Origin: a virus
Taxonomy: Duplodnaviria > Caudoviricetes
Reading direction: 5' to 3' (one strand)
Virus record (IMG/VR): IMGVR_UViG_3300025751_000013
Coordinates: 1 to 64,000 of that record
Length of the DNA: 64,000 nt
How positions within the stretch are numbered: the first letter of the stretch is position 1; each line of letters opens with the position of its first letter. This document shows positions 63,301 through 64,000 of the stretch, piece after piece. The notes under the pieces are model-generated. The model made no database searches. It was given only the letters and a program-made list of their open reading frames with translations, and had not been told where the DNA came from. A program made the translations under genes and the position numbers.

Positions 63301-64000
63301 TGATGCAGGTGTCGGTAGTAATTCTACATTCGCTGTTAATGGTGCAGACGGTAACACACAAATAGCAGGTACATTAGGTGTAGACGGTCTAGCATCGTTA
63401 AATGCAAGTTTGACTGTTACTGGACTTACAACAACTGATACAGCAGTAGTTAACAATACACTCAATGTAACTGGTGCAACAACGCTAGACGGAACATTTG
63501 CTGTACAAAACGCAGGAGCAGACGTATTTACAGTCGCCGATGCAACAGGAAATACAGTAATTTCAGGAACACTTCAAGCAGGTAATACCACTGTAGCAGA
63601 CGTAACTGCAACCGGAACTGGAACTATAACTGGTAACTTTGATGTAAACACTACTGCATTTACTGTTGCAGCAGCAACAGGTAACACTGATATACTTGGC
63701 GATTTAGCAGTTAACACAACGGCTCTTACAGTAGCAGCAGCAACAGGTAATACTACAGTAGGTGGAACACTTGATGTAGCAGGTGATACAAACTTTAACA
63801 GTACTACAGGAAGCACATTAAGTACTAATGGTGCAGTAGTAATTGATGGCGGTCTAGGTGTTGCAGAAAATATTAATTTTGGTGGTGTGTTAAAGACAAC
63901 GACAGCAACAGCAAGTACAGATACAGTAACAGGATCAATTGTTACCGCAGGCGGCGTTGGTATAGCAGGCGCTTTAAATGTCGGTGGTGTAACACATATT
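51332..64000 (+). CDS. Giant (>4200 aa) beta-repeat fibre protein, 3' end outside the window
   Basis: ATG at 51332 (MSFISTTRV..); the same frame reads IAGALNVGGVTHI at the window end. The track lists no closed + ORF here, which implies no stop. Dense G(N/D)(V/L)xG and DGG repeats. Confidence 0.85.
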   Translation, partial: MSFISTTRVIENNQEVLFEGPLDKESNVHTVAVLNEGVSPNSTTDPIKVTLSLYDASEPATRPFAILEVAPGTDAQYTKVINIRPGDQLRAETDGGEVTIMIGAFVDEDTLVTSIFNITGQYDHTVTYQPYDVAYYLGSTYVNTTVDQTAVYPTQVNGGWTPLGSGFNAYGEFDPLVLYPPLSVVKWANNVYVTVTGSPVGVYPNDYNSTWISFTSLTSDEIPDTSGVSANVAASITILNNRLNTLTTTEVPEASDADLEAASGFENAYFTRARARESISVTGDLIYDVNTGVLSAQTLTQDDVNIFIDNRVSKSFVDALGVDADTVDGIEGTVLARTDISPTFSQNIIVSGEMRGDLRGNVLADDSSIIINHATKEINGRFEGTLIAANSDVILNTGIDGFDATFTGTTFGEHRGDVLSDDSNVIIDASSGLISGDLEGNVTATFGVSRFNDIITDNIIVQEELQVANILGNITSTGVSTFNNVDINGGYIDNAVINTTNITGTTIVGTYIEAQTGGFRGDILSTGTSRFNDLIVTGDLTFNTLEVQALADFKSLVNIDGGLTVGGTLNVTGGTTFGNINVTGGQISGVTLGSGSYPVDIVADDVTILNSFTATDVTAEFSTLIVTDEMTGDVSGNLRGNVLSQDGTTVIIDAFAGIIRGDLVGDTVGQHTGNVDGNVVGNVTGNVTAAAGLSSFSSMNAQIGDIAALEAGSLTVTGAASFTGDLTFDTLQIASLAVNNTLTVSGISTLGSVDIGGGTMDAVTIGGNVPASVTGTIFTGDKMFADLFTGSLKGVVEGSVEGDLYGNVLGLDSSIVLNTSTARATLDADVTGQIDATANGGGESRFDDITITGVFSLQGGGQLTGDLTGNVVGDVTGDVYASNGDKILETGNGTTIPAKLTGNVEGEVLGTFTGTASGDFTGDVFAYDSTKMLDAFSNILRGDLVGNVSGNVLGDLTGNVNTTGTQSDGFFRNLTVEDTLTFPSLNISTIDSDNIDVDNAILDVVTIGAGITTGTIDNTTIGATTPRGGVFTTLQGAIIEASSEFRGNIVSSGSSRFNELIVTGDFVANLRGDIIAEDSSVIVNNATKTFYGTLQGTTVGTLQGNVIATSGLSEFNSINVAQEISGTLRGDVVAPDSTLLIDISSQNINGNVITATGGFSGEITGTLVGDIKATGGQVVLDSGTDGTDATFAGNVTGNVLNTLGETVLDANAERLTGTLAGNVYAIDGISQILDSGTDGTDAVFTGQVIGDVTGNVTASSGVSNFNNIVIANEAVGNFKGNVLAADSSVLVNYLDSSITAATITATGNFVGDVIGNVDTRTVDVNTRSYFQNITVLGEIDLSGASGNITADIEGTLKGNVVSTTGDPNAADVLLLDAAGRSILNMASISSNEFTGDEFIGDFLGDLYSADGSFRVLDTGATGNQAYYIGDMRGNVQGNLLGDDSSVIVNYVSGDINGRVVSSSQGFQGKIEDPNNNMSSLYDLTIRNNLFVEGTTTTVNTDNLDIKDNTIVLNKGQSDGVTGVVLGTAGIQIDRGNGVDANLLWTEDGGAGYWDFTNTAQVRGAFRGNVTGDVYSPFNSGTPILDTGTATLPATYIGNVVGDIEGNVTVGAGLSSFFSVNVEEEIAGNLRGNVLANDSTKIIDFINSNIYGATISATAGFSGDVFGNIDARGESSASYSYFQNLSVSGDIQFDSLNIATLEVGTDLNVGNNVDVTGQITAGSVDIAGGEIDGTIIGSNVASAASVTTLTVTTGDINVTQGTINITQGNLSADTIFAVTDFRGNLVGNVTGSLSGGTVTGDVYGNLYRPGGTTPVLNTGTGGVEPRLYGNVTGNVTGDVLGDVTGNVQGVLYGSVISEDSTTTIVNASSGLITGDINSSGTSTFNNIVVEGALDFTTFALNEITVNTLLQVDGTANLTVANIFAGNIDNTRIGVTTPSTIKGTVIEATTKFVGDIAGEVDGNVTGDLRGNIIGEDSSVIVDNDLKRFTGNLLGDVYTTDGVTLFNILDSGTDGTDASIIADVKTPLGATIVDTSAATVTATGGFTGQIDASAPGTSQFHTVTVSNNLSVPGTVNVTQTVEASGGIENTSIGAGNTESTGAFTSITTTGAVTVGGDLIVQGNTVTLNTSTLDVEDLNITVAKGAANAAAADGAGLTVDTAGAWIQYKNPSDQWRFNKDIDLTTENVRLLGNITSTGVSNFSGTANFSGTVDMAGATINNSTFQNMDVAATSEFSGNMTLDTAANFTMINAAGTPVTVFSIDGSNGNTTISQGGQFEILDTLSASMFSVDGGTGNTLVTGTLGVDGIVSINNTTGSTTTTTGALIVDGGVGIAENLFIGGNLDVAGNAVISGNLTFGDAATDTVAFGADINSSIIPDINNTYDLGSSAQAWRELYLTQNINFKGATGDNEIIVPTNLFDALSIKDDANTSIIDVETTTGAPVVKINPNTTVAGTLDVTGETTLASAIISDVNPSRVVLSGGSKEISYSDQFTYSAGAGVIDVDITGSLAVDNLTFDGNTISSTDSNGAIILDPQGSGVVTVNANTTISGTFTSTGLASLDNGIDVNGAVFTVSNTGAVNTTSTLDVTGLASLDGGIDVDGAFTVANTTGNITTSGTLDITGTTTLRNTVGIQGITTISNANDASNATSGALIVSGGAGIAKKLFVAGDFEVGTNRFNVAATTGDTTVAGDFTVTSGTAFLDGGINVDSGAFIVANTTGDITTLGDISIADSKKLLIGTGNDLEIFHDGSNSFIKDVGAGNLTIATDVLTLTKGDGTKTTAVLDADGATELYYNNTKRFETTLVGADVTGTFNTSGLATLDSAVISDLPANRIVYTSGANGRLISTADFVIDGTSLNVGSNNFVVTAATGNTAIVGTLDVTGETTVGNLVADDIKLGDGEKIQFGNAQDLEIYHDGSNSYIHESGTGGLILRSANSILFQDATSTKTAMSLTANGSQILYHNDVQRFQTTVSGADITGDVDISGTLDVDGNFQVGTSRFNVEATTGNTQIDGTLTADGLTTLNGGITADGGVFTVADGTGNIATSGTLNVTGDTTLSTLTATSDVTVQGDLTVEGNLTTVNATEINVSDKNITLGGTTTTLSALNNSGITIGGTLGAGSNPALTYTYTGVSPNQVERFNLNRELIVDKVHGDIKGNVYASDDTSIILNAGTNGNDAIFKGDVYSTTDTLIIDSGASIDDATFYGNIDLRTETNYGNTPSTGTTSYFNNLDVAGTLSMANASIGTLSGNLVGDIYASNGTSLILDNGTNGTDASFQGNIKNDNGTVIIQNGSTGVAATFTGKLVGDVDSSGISYFNNMYANVINAFLDGDISGSVLGEDSVMMLDAGARTLSVTDVQTSTITASSYLSGDVRGDIYNNNGTQKILETGGTATDAAIFTGRVDASNAINTTSNFNNVDATGIFTGVLGAVGNTANAFVNDLTVDSVATFTGVVNALTSAVNINSVNIDGGTIDGTVIGAATPAAITGTTVTANTGFVGNITGNITGDLDARGLGGTTFIDDLVMGPGTNAAIDTATITTLNASTLVLTNLALSGDLDVLTGTGTFQNLEVTAGGNIVGLATLGTSASPVASSVITTIDVSAGDIVGLSTLGTSASPVIAADIDTAVIDDVTSVTVRADNFTITNTGDSAHKFTGPLEGNITSAGTSTFTGTVSLSGATVVLADNQLSGDKIDGGVIGNADLLGNGTSNTISGYDITVTGALDLTGATVTYDNDSISGDKVSGGTIDAANITGGAGKTLDGYDITVGAGRTLTVNGSTSVATLAASALVELDGGFNVNDDFVVDVDGNTRLNAAANFEIWNAAGTPVKVFDIVGSTGATTIANTLDVVGPVSITTGTGSTSTSTGSLTVTGGVGISENAFVGGDLDVAANAQLSGTLDVDGVTNINNTLTVDSLASLDGGIAVSDGAAGDAFTVAVTTGNVVTTGTLDVTGLSSLDGGIDVNGSNYTVSAAGAVTQASTLDVSGDVTLLQSANFEIFDAGVGSNSTFAVNGADGNTQIAGTLGVDGLASLNASLTVTGLTTTDTAVVNNTLNVTGATTLDGTFAVQNAGADVFTVADATGNTVISGTLQAGNTTVADVTATGTGTITGNFDVNTTAFTVAAATGNTDILGDLAVNTTALTVAAATGNTTVGGTLDVAGDTNFNSTTGSTLSTNGAVVIDGGLGVAENINFGGVLKTTTATASTDTVTGSIVTAGGVGIAGALNVGGVTHI

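Noticed and set aside
52447-63816. Minus-strand ORFs in the track, and similar short overlapping or antisense ORFs elsewhere in the window
   Set aside because: They are shadows of long genes with biased codon usage and have no RBS or recognisable motifs.
1-64000. Stop-codon reassignment
   Set aside because: Genes are full length in the standard code and end in TAA, TGA or TAG with tight packing.

Overview
AT-rich segment of a large T4-superfamily myovirus genome, probably marine or aquatic; the host cannot be determined from this window. From left to right: a minus-strand baseplate/tail-lysozyme operon; the late sigma factor and recombination genes (gp55, gp47, gp46) with an inserted porphobilinogen deaminase (hemC); a small GIY-YIG nuclease followed by about 350 nt of structured non-coding sequence; a gp26/gp51-like pair joined by a -1 slippery site; a tape-measure-like gene; the head module (portal, Maf/sialyltransferase-like enzyme, acidic core protein, protease, scaffold, major capsid); a separately promoted and terminated ncRNA of about 250 nt; and about 39 kb of fibre/appendage genes, including a 4958-aa protein and a >4200-aa ORF that runs off the window. 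The main result is in the 4958-aa fibre. It holds 22 helical repeats, each with a C-x-R-D motif (one copy is C-x-E-D) in a context resembling the bilin-binding site of phycobiliproteins. The repeats split into 11 A-type and 11 B-type units ordered like perfectly nested brackets, and subtypes co-vary between the predicted partners. With the phage hemC, this suggests an undescribed bilin-decorated (pigmented) virion appendage. All family assignments come from motif recognition by eye; no searches were run.
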